From: an uncultured Bacteroidales bacterium
Lineage (GTDB): Bacteria > Bacteroidota > Bacteroidia > Bacteroidales > WCHB1-69
DNA: 64,000 bases
Direction: 5' to 3'
Assembly (NCBI GenBank): GCA_900317715.1
Contig: ONHS01000002.1
Span: 20,183-84,182, forward strand
In this document: positions 9,202 to 19,800 of the stretch, piece after piece
How positions within the stretch are numbered: the stretch's first letter is position 1
Layout of the letters: every line of letters begins with the position of its first letter
The notes under the pieces: generated by a model
Told to the model about the DNA's origin: nothing
Databases searched by the model: none
What the model saw: only the letters and a program-made list of their open reading frames with translations
Program-made: the position numbers and the translations under genes

Positions 9202-9423
9202 ATGTATTGGACATTAGAATTAGCCACCCGATTAGAGGACGCTCCATGGCCGGCAACCCGCGACGAGCTGCTGGATTATGCCATCCGTTCCGGCGCCCCG
9301 ATGGAAGTGATTGAGAACCTTCAGGAAATCGACGACGAAGGGGAAACCTACGACTCCATCGAAGACATCTGGCCGGATTATCCATCCAAAGAGGATTTCT
9401 TCTTCAACGAGGACGAGTACTAA
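9202..9423 (+). CDS. DUF2795 family small protein
   Basis: 73 aa with WPATRDELLDYAIRSGAP..VIENLQEI. Confidence 0.7.
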   Translation: MYWTLELATRLEDAPWPATRDELLDYAIRSGAPMEVIENLQEIDDEGETYDSIEDIWPDYPSKEDFFFNEDEY

Positions 9424-9472
9424 GCCTCCCCTATCCAAAAGGCGAACCTAATTTATTAAAAACCAACAACAA

Positions 9473-9498
9473 AGCGCGCTAATATGGCGCGTTTTTTT
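9473..9498 (+). terminator. Intrinsic terminator after the DUF2795 gene
   Basis: GCGCGC-taatatg-GCGCG followed by T7. Confidence 0.6.
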
Positions 9499-9516
9499 CT
9501 ATTCCGGCATCAAGAC

Positions 9517-9542
9517 AAAAAAAAGACCCGCCGAAGCGGGTC
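9517..9542 (-). terminator. Intrinsic terminator after the PepSY-like gene pair
   Basis: GACCCGC-ttcg-GCGGGTC followed by T8 on the minus strand. Confidence 0.7.
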
Positions 9543-9566
9543 TTAAGGGTTTATGATGTATGAAAC

Positions 9567-9977
9567 TTAATCGGCGTACATGAAATTGCCGTTTTTGTCG
9601 AACTTCAAGTCTATGTTGTTATTGAGTTCCACATCATATTCTCTGAAATCTTTATCAATCTTGACAATGAAGTTGGTCGGGAACTGTGCTTGAACATATG
9701 CCAAGATGGTCGGTGGGATAACCGCTGCCGGAATCTCGGTCAAATGGCAATCCACTTTCTCCCATTCTCCCTTGCGCGTGAACTCAATCTCCGTCCCATC
9801 CTTCAGCACCACGTCATATTTACCGTCATCTTTCATGGCAGAGAGGAAACCGACATCCTTAAAGTTTTGATTGATAAACTGTTGCGCCTGCTGGGGAAGT
9901 TTTTCGAAAGTAAGCGGACGATCACAGGACACAAATGCCAATGTAATGATACCCAATAATACTATTAACTTTCTCAT
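9567..9977 (-). CDS. PepSY-like (putative beta-lactamase-inhibitor-like) lipoprotein, paralogue 1
   Basis: 136 aa. Signal peptide with Cys, LPQQAQQFINQNF.., KDGTEIEFTRKGEWEKVDC. Confidence 0.7.
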   Translation of the reverse strand: MRKLIVLLGIITLAFVSCDRPLTFEKLPQQAQQFINQNFKDVGFLSAMKDDGKYDVVLKDGTEIEFTRKGEWEKVDCHLTEIPAAVIPPTILAYVQAQFPTNFIVKIDKDFREYDVELNNNIDLKFDKNGNFMYAD

Positions 9978-10021
9978 ATTCAGAAGTTTAATTAATTTAA
10001 GACTATGTATAAACGAGATGA

Positions 10022-10438
10022 TTAATCAGCGTACAGGAAATTGCCCTTCGCGTCGAACTTCAATTCTATATCACTATTGAGTTCAATCTCATAACCATTA
10101 TATTTTTTGCTAATTTTGACAATAATATTGTTAGGGAATTGCGCTTTTACATATTTTGTGATGTTTGCGGGCACAATCGCAGCAGGCACAGCCGTTGTGT
10201 GGCAATCCACCTCTTTCCATTCTCCTTGAGCGGTGAACTCAATCTCCGTACCGTTTTTCAGCCTAACTTCATATTGGCCGTCATCTAACTTTGCCGACAA
10301 GAAACCAACACTGCTAAAATGTTGATTAATAAACTGTTGCGCTTTCTGCGGCAAATTATTAAACGAGACAGGCTGATCATTACTAGCCATGGCATTCAAT
10401 GTGAAGAATCCTAAAAGTAGAAGCAAAAACTTTTTCAT
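10022..10438 (-). CDS. PepSY-like secreted protein, paralogue 2
   Basis: 138 aa, collinear with 9567-9977 (LPQKAQQFINQHF, KNGTEIEFTAQGEWKEVDC). Confidence 0.7.
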   Translation of the reverse strand: MKKFLLLLLGFFTLNAMASNDQPVSFNNLPQKAQQFINQHFSSVGFLSAKLDDGQYEVRLKNGTEIEFTAQGEWKEVDCHTTAVPAAIVPANITKYVKAQFPNNIIVKISKKYNGYEIELNSDIELKFDAKGNFLYAD

Positions 10439-10701
10439 TTCTTACAATTATTTTTTGTGAACTAATATCATAACATATTTGACGGCGAAAATACAAAAAA
10501 CATTAACTCGAAACGAAATTTTATCAATTAAAAAATCTCATTTTAGTTCACTGAGAATTTTGTAATTTCGCCGTTCAAATTTCTAATGTTATGACCTCAC
10601 GAACTGACTATATCAAAAAACTTGGCTTAGAGCCACATCCGGAAGGATGCACTAAACGATCGACAAACAGGTTTCAACTATAATGGAATAATTTCAAAAA
10701 A

Positions 10702-11142
10702 ATGCCAACTCTCACCATCCGACATAAACGACATTGGTACGAGCCGAAGTTGCCGCACGCGGTCTTCCTGAACGGCTACTTTGTGGGTATGCTGAAGGAC
10801 GACCAGTTGCGGGGCGAGGTGCCGCCGGGCAGCTACGCGCTGCGGGTGCAGTTCGGCGGGCAGGTTCCGATAGGCAAGAAGGGCAAGAGCATCGATTTGT
10901 CGGTGTCCGCAACGGAGCAGGTGGAAGTCCCGCAGAATGGCGAGGTGGTGTGCGAGTTCCACGACCGCGAACGACTGTGGAACATCCTTTTCGACATCGA
11001 CCTCGTGCTATGGGTGGTGTCGTGGTTTGTCACCATGCCGCCGATTTATAAAATACTGTCAGATACGTTTTTCGTGATTTGGTTGGTAAGGTTGATATTG
11101 ATACGAAAGAGATATTATAACATTGTAAAGACAATTCGTTAA
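10702..11142 (+). CDS. Hypothetical protein with a C-terminal membrane anchor
   Basis: 146-aa ORF with consistent codon usage and two C-terminal hydrophobic segments. No family recognised. Confidence 0.45.
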   Translation: MPTLTIRHKRHWYEPKLPHAVFLNGYFVGMLKDDQLRGEVPPGSYALRVQFGGQVPIGKKGKSIDLSVSATEQVEVPQNGEVVCEFHDRERLWNILFDIDLVLWVVSWFVTMPPIYKILSDTFFVIWLVRLILIRKRYYNIVKTIR

Positions 11143-11218
11143 CATTATTTTGTATTTTTGCGCGCTCTTACCGATGGGGTGAGAAATAAAGAGAATTAAT
11201 CATTTAAAATTTGAAAAT

Positions 11219-12112
11219 ATGAAAAACACCCTCTTTTTATTAGCCGCAACAATGTTGCTGACCGTTTCCTGCCGCAATGGCAATTCCCAAAGCCAAACGA
11301 CGAACAACCCGCAGGAGCCCACCTTCACCATAACCACAAAAGAAAGTGTCTCGTTACTCTTCAAGAACGACAAGCCCATGATTATCGGGCTGGTAGATAA
11401 GGAAAATGAAATGCCCAAAGAGCTTTTCCTTGGCTCCTACGACGACGACCTGCTCGCAACGCTGATGCCCGAGGGTGCTTCCCGTTCGGCCATCAACGCC
11501 TTTCTGGTCATTGATTCATTACATACAATCCTCTTTGACGCTGGATTAGGCGCCGACAATGGCGGAAGTCTGCTGGAAAGTATGAAAAAAGCTGAGATAG
11601 AACCTGCTAAGGTCACAGCGGTATGTCTTACGCACCTGCACTTTGACCATATCGGCGGGTTGCTGCTCAAAGGCCAGGCTGCATTCCCCAACGCCACCCT
11701 CTACCTCTCGAAAGAGGAGTATGACGCATGGGGCGACGGCGGTACAATGGCAAAGAACAACGGCATGTGGAAACAGGTGATGGAAGCCTACAAAGGCCAT
11801 ATCAAGACTTTCCACGACGGTGAGAAACTCTTCGACGGTTTGGTGGTTGCCGAACTTGCGCCAGGCCACACCCCGGGTCACACTGTTTACACAGTGGACG
11901 GGTTCTGCCTCATCGCCGGCGATTTGTTGCATGCCCAAGATCTCCAGCTGGACCACCCGCAGTTCTGTGCCCGCTATGACACGGATCCCGCGCAAGCCGT
12001 CACCACGCGCACCCGCATCCTCAAGAGCGTCCGCGACAACGGTCTGTACTTTGCAGGCGCCCACTGCTACGACCATTTCATTAACCTCCGCGACCGCAGC
12101 AAGGAGCAATAG
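11219..12112 (+). CDS. MBL-fold metallo-hydrolase lipoprotein
   Basis: Lipobox LLTVSC, HLHFDHIGG (HxHxDH), later PGHTPGH. Confidence 0.85.
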   Translation: MKNTLFLLAATMLLTVSCRNGNSQSQTTNNPQEPTFTITTKESVSLLFKNDKPMIIGLVDKENEMPKELFLGSYDDDLLATLMPEGASRSAINAFLVIDSLHTILFDAGLGADNGGSLLESMKKAEIEPAKVTAVCLTHLHFDHIGGLLLKGQAAFPNATLYLSKEEYDAWGDGGTMAKNNGMWKQVMEAYKGHIKTFHDGEKLFDGLVVAELAPGHTPGHTVYTVDGFCLIAGDLLHAQDLQLDHPQFCARYDTDPAQAVTTRTRILKSVRDNGLYFAGAHCYDHFINLRDRSKEQ

Positions 12113-12179
12113 AGCCGCCAATTCGTTCGAGGAAGTACATTCTTTGCAAATATCTCTGCACACCAACCGCAAAAAATTG

Positions 12180-12187
12180 TATTTTTG
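12180..12187 (+). promoter_or_regulatory. -7 promoter box TATTTTTG upstream of the 7TM-AraC gene
   Basis: Sequence context ttgTATTTTTGccg. The heptamer array lies between it and the ORF. Confidence 0.45.
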
Positions 12188-12213
12188 CCGCGTTGGAGAT
12201 GAGGGAGTAGCCC

Positions 12214-12297
12214 CTAAACTCTAAACTCTAAACTCTAAACCCTAAACCCTAAACTCTAAACTCTAAACCCTCAACCCTAAACCCTAAACCCTAAACC
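12214..12297. repeat. Tandem array of 12 heptamers CTAAAC[CT], a permutation of CCCTAAA
   Basis: Read directly: ctaaact x3, ctaaacc x2, ctaaact x2, ctaaacc, ctcaacc, ctaaacc x3. Confidence 0.95.
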
Positions 12298-12304
12298 CAA
12301 AGAA

Positions 12305-13495
12305 TTGCTCACCACCCACCTCATATTATTCGCCGCCAACCTGACCTTCATCGTCACCCACCTTTACGGGTGGCTACTGAAGTGGTTCTACCGTCCCAAA
12401 GCTTACGGGGAGCACTTTCGCGAGTTGTTCCCGGCGCAGCGGATCGTGGGGGCGACCTACCTGCTGCAGATTTTCGAACTCCCCTACCTGCTGCAGATCG
12501 GCGATAGCGACGCGCTGATCTTCGTCAATGCCTTCTCGCTGCTCTTCCTCTCCATCCAGTTGATCGTCATGAGCGAAATCTATTTCTTCCCAAAGCAGAA
12601 ACATAGGCGACAATACCCTTTGCTTTATCTGCCGGCATTGATCGTGCTACTACCCATGTTCCTGCAGGCCATGAAAATCATCCCCCTCCCCGAGGGCTGG
12701 CGTACTTGGGTCATAGTAGCTGTGAGCAGCCTCTTTGCCTTCTACTTCGGTCTTAATATCCACATGCTCTGGAGAATAGAAAAGGCCGTGCGGCGCGCCA
12801 ACGAGGAACAGTACGCCGACAGCGACGACTTCCCCGTGCGCTTCGCCAACATCATCAAATGGATGCCCACTTTCGTCATCATATTGTTAGCCATCAACTT
12901 CTATGCCGACGACCCGTGGATGAAGTTTGCCCATGACATCTTCTTCATCTTCGCCAACGTCTGGTTCTGTATCCTAACCCTTAACCCTTGGCGGAAAGTC
13001 AATTCGGAATTCTCCATTCAGCATTCAGAATTAGAGACTCAAGAGTCGGAATTAAAAGAAGTGGAAGATGATAACAACAATGATACTGAAGAAGAAGATG
13101 ATGATGATGTCACTTCGGAATTGACGGAGCGAAACAGCGAAAGCATCCATCTTTTGAGCGATGCCAAGTACGACGAACTGGCGCGCCACCTCGAGAAGTT
13201 GCTCTCCGAGGACCACATCTTCACTGAGCCGCACATCACCATCGACACGCTCATCCAGCACCTCGGCACCAACACCAAATACCTCGCCGAAGTGATTCGT
13301 CGCAGCGGTTACCAATCCTTCTATGACATGATCAGCCAGCACCGCGTGCGCTACGCCATCGCCCTCATCCATCAACATCCCGACGAACTTTTGGCCGATA
13401 TCTCCGACCGTTGCGGATTCTCCTCCCAAGCCTCCATGGCCAAAGCCTTCAAAGCCCAAGGGAAAGAACCGCCGTCACGGTATAGAGCCTATTGA
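12305..13495 (+). CDS. 7-TM membrane protein with an acidic linker and a C-terminal AraC-type HTH
   Basis: About seven hydrophobic helices, linker EVEDDNNNDTEEEDDDDV, and a C-terminal AraC HTH (ITIDTLIQHLGTNTKYLAEVIR...ISDRCGFSSQASMAKAFK). The start is uncertain: TTG at 12305, with no nearby in-frame ATG. Confidence 0.75.
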   Translation: MLTTHLILFAANLTFIVTHLYGWLLKWFYRPKAYGEHFRELFPAQRIVGATYLLQIFELPYLLQIGDSDALIFVNAFSLLFLSIQLIVMSEIYFFPKQKHRRQYPLLYLPALIVLLPMFLQAMKIIPLPEGWRTWVIVAVSSLFAFYFGLNIHMLWRIEKAVRRANEEQYADSDDFPVRFANIIKWMPTFVIILLAINFYADDPWMKFAHDIFFIFANVWFCILTLNPWRKVNSEFSIQHSELETQESELKEVEDDNNNDTEEEDDDDVTSELTERNSESIHLLSDAKYDELARHLEKLLSEDHIFTEPHITIDTLIQHLGTNTKYLAEVIRRSGYQSFYDMISQHRVRYAIALIHQHPDELLADISDRCGFSSQASMAKAFKAQGKEPPSRYRAY

Positions 13496-13519
13496 CTGTT
13501 GGCTAGGGAAGAGGGACTA

Positions 13520-13620
13520 GGGATTAAGGTTTTGGGTTTATGGTTTAAGGTTTAGGGTTTAGGGTTTATGGTTTTGGGATTAAGGTTTTGGGGTTAAGGT
13601 TTTGGGGTTAAGGTTTAGGG
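13520..13620. repeat. Degenerate tandem array of about 14 heptamers, [GAT]GGTTT[AT] (TTTAGGG-type), inverted relative to 12214-12297
   Basis: gggatta aggtttt gggttta tggttta aggttta gggttta gggttta tggtttt gggatta aggtttt ggggtta aggtttt ggggtta aggttta ggg. Confidence 0.9.
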
Positions 13621-13660
13621 ATGAGAGCCTAAGTTCCTACTCCAAAGTCATCTGCAATGC

Positions 13661-13745
13661 TTTTTTCCTTTAGACGGAAAATTTTTCCTCTAGGCGGAAA
13701 ACAATGTACTTCTTGTGGAAATTTCCGCAGGAGGAAAATCCATTA
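13661..13745 (+). promoter_or_regulatory. Operator-like direct repeats of a TTTTCC-N7-GGAAAA palindrome upstream of the giant gene
   Basis: ttttttcctttagacggaaaa / tttttcctctaggcggaaaac, then ggaaatttcc..ggaaaatcc. All lie just upstream of the -7 box at 13759. Confidence 0.4.
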
Positions 13746-13758
13746 CATATATAAGTAG

Positions 13759-13766
13759 TACTTTTG
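13759..13766 (+). promoter_or_regulatory. -7 promoter box TACTTTTG for the giant surface-protein gene
   Basis: The TAnnTTTG match lies 46 nt upstream of ATG 13812. It overlaps the track's TTG start at 13764, which is therefore rejected. Confidence 0.5.
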
Positions 13767-13811
13767 CGGCCAAAATTTTTAACAGTTACATTCGTAAAAG
13801 AAACTACCATT

Positions 13812-16800
13812 ATGACAACCAAACTGATCATTCTCATTGTTGTCGGCCTCCTTGTTTTCGGGGCCCTCTTATGCATCATCGTCAAGGCCTGGCGTTACCG
13901 CCGCAACCACCCTGACGAGGTCTATTGGCCCTACAACGGACCTCTGCACAAGAAGAAAAAATCAAAAACCTGCCACAAGACCCTCCTTGTGGCGACACTG
14001 ATCCTATCCACATTGATGTGGACGAACGGTTTGATGGCTCAGAACGGGACTCCGGACGGTACCCGGGAGCACCCTTACCCCATCGGTGACATAAGCACCC
14101 TCATCTCTTTTGCACAATGCATCAACAACAATCAGCCTTTCGCATTCGAAAACGGCAAGTTCGTCTTCGATATAGACGGCAACATTCCGGCGGGCGGCGC
14201 GGACACCTACTTCGAGCAGACCGCCGACATCGACATGAACAGTGCCAATTGGAACATTCCTATTGGCAAGCAAAACAAAGGATTCGAAGGCACTTACTTA
14301 GGCGGTGGACACAAGATCATGAATCTGACGCTTACGGCCGACAATCGGGCACTCTTTTGCCACTCCAAAGGCCATATTTCTGACCTCACCATCGAAAGCC
14401 CCGTGTTCGAAGGCACTTTTAACGACGGCGGGGCATTAGCCACCTACGTGATGGGCGGTACTATCGACAACTGTCATGTCACGGGCAACGACTTGGTGTT
14501 CAACGGCAAAGATTGTGGTGCCCTGATAGGTTGGGTAGGTCAGTTGTCCGATTATTTCAAAGCTGATAGTATCAGGATCTCCAACTGTTCCAACCGTTGC
14601 CATATCACCTCCACATACCAACAATCGAACGCAAACGACCAGAACTCCGTGGCCGGCGTGGTGGCGGTCATCAACGCGCGGCACTACGTGGTGACTCGTT
14701 GCTTCAACACCGGCGACATCACTTCCACCTACAGGCCCAAGTTCCAAAACGACGAACTCTGCTTCGCCGGTGTGGTCGGCAGAGGCCTTTTGCCCAACTA
14801 TCCGTCTGAGATCACCTACTGCTACAACAGGGGCGACATCACCGCCCACTGCGGATACCTTGGCGGCGTGGCCGGCTTTTTCAACGACGAAGCCGGTATC
14901 AGCAACAGCACACGATGCGCCATCGACTACTGTTTCAACACCGGCAATATCACCGGCGAGTGCGTGTTGAATTCTGACGATCCGTCCGTACACACCGATG
15001 CCGACTCCAGTCTCAATGTCTTCTCCCTCGGCGGTGTGGTGGCGCCCTGCAAGACCCCGACGCGTTACTGCTTCAACACCGGCAATGTCACATTGACGAA
15101 GCACCCGCACCCGAAGTTCAACATCTGGGGCGACCAGGGGGTGGCCGGCGTGGGCAGCAGCGCCAAGCACTGCTTCAACGTGGGCGAAATCAACAACTAC
15201 GAGGAAAGAAACGGACGCGCGGCGGGCGTGGCTCGCGACACGGCGGCTTTCTGTCTCAATGCTGCATGCGTCTATGACCGCAACCCCAAATACACCTTCT
15301 CCCCGCACAACATCGCCAGAATAATCATCGGAGATTGTTTCTCCGACGCCCAGATGTCTGTCGATGGACAGGACGGCAACCTCTACCCCACTTCGAAAAT
15401 CATCGGCGAGTCCTCCAAGGGACAGCTCGGCAAAGACTGGATTTACGAGGATGGCCGTTACCCGCGACTCAAGTGGACCGACACCTGCGATTGGGCCCGC
15501 GACATCGCCAAAGTGGCCTGCACCCCCATCATCCTGGCCGACACCGTCACCGACATCCACCATGTGAAAAACGGCATCAGGCTGACCGGCTGCGACAACG
15601 GCGTGGTGTGGAAAGCCCCCGAGGGCAACTGTTTGTTCGTTGACCCGACGCTTGCCAACACAGCGTGCTCCAACAACGCCATCCAACCGGCATTGCAGCC
15701 CTTGTGCGGCGATTTCGTCACCGTGGCGGCTACCCTGAACGGCGACACCATCAAGACCGTCACCTTGCTTCGCAGCGTGGCCATGCCCCACGACACCCTC
15801 ACCGTCGATAACCTCGACGACCTGAAGACACTGCGCGACGGTGTCAACACCGGCAAAGCCTTCCCCTACAAAAGCTACGAAGTGCCTCGCTACGCGGATG
15901 GGGTCACCTTCAAGCTGACCACCGACCTCGACATGCAGAGCGAGAGTCCTTGGGCGCCCATCGGCTCGGTCTTCAGCGGCAGCCGCTTCGCGGGTCATTT
16001 CCTCGGCGGCGGCCATACCATCGACAATCTCAGTCTCGATGATGCCACTCCTTATATCTACAAGAATGCCAATGTCGGCGGTCTTTTCGGAATGCTGAGC
16101 GGTGAGGTGCGCGACCTGACCTTCACCAACCTTCATGCGAATTCCACCACCATAGTGGCGGGAGCCGTCTGCGCCCTGATGAACGGCGCCACCATCGAAA
16201 ACTGCATTGTCAAGGGGCATATCGAGACCTCCAGATCCAGCAACAACTACGCCATCAGCGGCACCGCCGGCCTGGCAGGCGCGTCGCTGACCACTCGCGA
16301 TCAAGACTTCAACTTCTTTTGTCGCGACACCATCCGCAACTGCGTCAACTATGCGGACATCATCACCCATGTCGGCCGCGGCGCCAACATCGCCTCCCAT
16401 AGTGTCGGCGGCATTATCGGTCACGGCGGCGTGGTGATCGACTGCGCCAATGCGGGCGACATCTCCGGCGGCAGCGAATGCGGCTACATCGGCGGCATCG
16501 GCGGCGATATGACCAGTGCCCTGCGCTGCTTCAACACCGGCCGCGTCACCATCGCAGAGGCTCCCCAAGCTATAGACTACTTCGTCGGCGGCGTGGTGGG
16601 AAAGAACGAATATGACAGCACCATCATGTACTGCTATAATGCCGGAACCGTCGATGGCAGTGACCGCAGTCCAGTCGGTGGCATCGTCGGCTATGGTGCC
16701 CCGCGATACTGCTACATGACCAACACGGTAACCGGCAGGGGCAAATATCTCGGCAGCATTGCGGGCACTGTAAATCCCAATACCCGAGATTGCTATTACG

Positions 16801-19800
16801 ACAAGCAGATGTCCCCCCTGGGTGGCGAAAATGGACAAGATGCTTCCGGACGATCCCTTGTTGGTCTTGAAACCACCGGCATGCTGGGCTCTGCCCTTCA
16901 AAGTTCGTTGGGAGACCCCGCAAACTGGATCTTCACCCCGGGACTATATCCCCAGCTTGCAATATCCGCTGATGTGGAGACGCAGCACGCCGCGTCTCTA
17001 CGGGCCCAACTATCTCGCGTTTCCGTCATGCCGGTCGTGCTGGGTCACGGCCAAAACTGGATGTCCGCCCACGACAGTATTCCCCTCCGCGGCTGCGATG
17101 AGCACCACTTCTGGACAAAGCTCCAAGGCTGTGTAACAGTTGACAGTTGCCATGTCACTGCCACGAATCGCGACATGGGGGTGATCGAACTTGCCGCCAC
17201 CATCGACAGCGTCCCCTACCGTTTCGTCACGCTTAAGTTCAACATGGACGAGAAACACGCCCTCGTCATCAAAAACGCCGCGCAGTTCGACACCATGCGG
17301 ATGGTCATCAACAAAGGTGGCTACTACCACTACAGCGACAGCACTTTCCACACAGCCATTCCTGCCAATGCCGACTCTACCGACTTCGTCGCCATTGACG
17401 ACGGCGGCAACGAACGTTTCTTCAAGCTCATCACCGACATCGACATCAATGATATTAAGGAAGAGGGGCATGTCAGAGGATGGATTCCCGTCGGAGGATT
17501 CGCCGACGACTGCTGCGCCATTTATGAAGGCAACCCCTTCAAGGGAACTTTCGACGGCTGCGGCCACACCATCAGACATCTGACGTTCCAGCGGTATGAC
17601 AACTTTCATCCCACGGATTTCTGCGACCATCACCAAGGCTTGTTCGGCACGGTGGATGGCGGCACGGTGAAGAACCTGCGCATCGCGCAAAGCGACACCA
17701 CGTTGGGCAACAGCAGCGCGTTCCTCTGCAGTGTGAACAAAGGAGGCACCCTTTACCATTGCGAAATCGACTCCTGCTCCCTGACCATCCGTTACGGCGC
17801 TTCCGATGCTGAAAGATACAACCATGCCTTGCTCTGCGCCAAGAACGAAGGCGGCACCATCGACAGCTGCCAGGTGAGAAACAGTGTGATAGCCCCGGAT
17901 TCGTCAAGCCTTGCATCCATTTCCAACATCGGTGGTGTCTGCGCACTCAACGACCGTGGCGTCGTCAGCCGCTGTATAGCAGAGCATCTCTCCATAAACG
18001 ATCCTCGTCAGGAACAAGGAGCACTGCAGAGTGTGGGTGGCATCTGCGGAAAGAACTTCCATGGACAGCTGCAGTTTGGCACCATAAAAAACAGCCAGAT
18101 CACCCTCAAAATGAATCTGCCGCACAAGTTTATCGGCGGCATCTGCGGTCTCAGCGGCTACGATCCCGATAAAGACACGGACGAACAAACCTACGCCCAT
18201 ATTCCTTCTGTCATTAGTGATTGCAACAGCGATTCGACCATAATCAACGCCTACACTCATGGGGACAATGATAGCACCAAAAAGATAATGAATATCGGCG
18301 GCATTGTGGGTTCCTGCCAAGGACGCATCATCCAACTCGAACGATGCTCCACCATGGAAAACAGCCGCATTTTGGCTGTCGCCGACACCGTGGGCGGTAT
18401 CTGCGGTCGCTTCTGCGGCGAAGGAGGCGAGAGTTACTGTAATACCTGTGGAAACAACGCTTCGGTGACGGGCAACGACTATGTGGGCGGCATTGTGGGG
18501 CTTATGAGTGGCGCCCAACTGCACGAAGGCAATAATCAGGGCGAGGTACGTTCTCTCATAGACTTCGAATATAACTCAGGCTACTATGCCGGCGGCATAG
18601 CGGGTGCCGTGGTGGGAGAATCCAGCCTCTTCAGTTGCAACAACAGTGGCACTGTCGCAGCCGACTCAAGCTATGTGGGCGGCATTGCGGGTGCCTTGAT
18701 GGGGGAGAGTAACCTCTTCCTTTGCTCAAACCACGGTGATGTCAGCGGTTTCAACCAAGTGGGTGGTTTGGCCGGCCTTATCCTAAAAGACGCCTGGTTC
18801 GAAGAGAGCACTAACAACGGCCTTGTGAGAGGCATCGCCCAGGTGGGTGGATTGGTAGGCTATTTGAAAAGTTCCACGGGAAACAGATGTAGCAAAAACA
18901 ACAACTATGCAGACACCATACACTTCTCCGCCATGGGCGGCGGTGTCTGCGGCTATGCCGAAGACACCACGATGCTTGAAGGCTGCTCCAGCGTGATGAT
19001 TCTGCCATACGATACAATAATAAGAATACAGAGTGTGGAAGAGCTCGGACTAATCCGCGACAATGTAAACAATGGCAGCAACAGCTACGAAGGCATAGTC
19101 ATCGTGCTGGATTGGGACCTCAACTTGGGTAATGGATGGACTCCCATCGGTACACCCAAGCATCCTTTCCGCGGCACCTTCGACGGTCAAGACCATACCA
19201 TCATTTTCGGTATCTACAACGAATCAAATGACTACCAGGGATTCTTCGGTTATATGCAAGGTACCGTCAAGAACGTCAATTTCTCTCAATGCAGTGTCAT
19301 CGGCCGCAACTATGTAGGCGTTATCGCGGGCTACTGCAACGGCACCATCTCGAACTGCTATTCTTATCGCGAGAAGGTGGAAGGTGAGAAATATGTCGGT
19401 GGTCTGGTCGGCATGGCCAGCTATTCGGAAATCCAGGACTGCTTCAACGGCAACAACGTTTTTGGCGAGCAATACGTGAGCGGCATTGTGGGCGACTTCG
19501 CATCGTGCAAGAACGACAACTGCTATGGCACAATGAAATATGATCTTTATGGCGGCAACGTGAGCCGCTGCTACAACTACGGCATGGTCAGAGCCACGGG
19601 CGATACCAGCCACGTGGGCGGCATCGCCGGCTTCACCTCGGCCGAGGTGAAACATTGCTACAACAGCGGCATCGTCGATGGCAAAGACTTTGTGGGCGGC
19701 CTCTGCGGCCTGCTCGATGGCGACAACCTCCACCACTGCTACAACGCCGGCTATGTGTCCGCCACCGGCAACAACAAAGGAGCCATATGTGGAAGTCTCG

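Noticed and set aside
12214-12297. Plant-type telomere repeats (CCCTAAA) as eukaryotic contamination or a chimeric assembly.
   Set aside because: The arrays are short and degenerate. They are embedded between bacterial genes with Bacteroidota -7 boxes. They occur as a complementary pair precisely bracketing one gene.
14436-16901. An 821-aa antisense ORF, plus many other long minus-strand ORFs inside 13.8-27.9 kb (e.g. 22797-23837, 23949-24929, 26874-27911).
   Set aside because: They lie opposite a repeat-rich, GC-biased coding sequence whose codon pattern suppresses stops on the antisense strand. Their translations are low-complexity (A/G/V/D-rich) with no recognisable motifs, and they have no promoter boxes.
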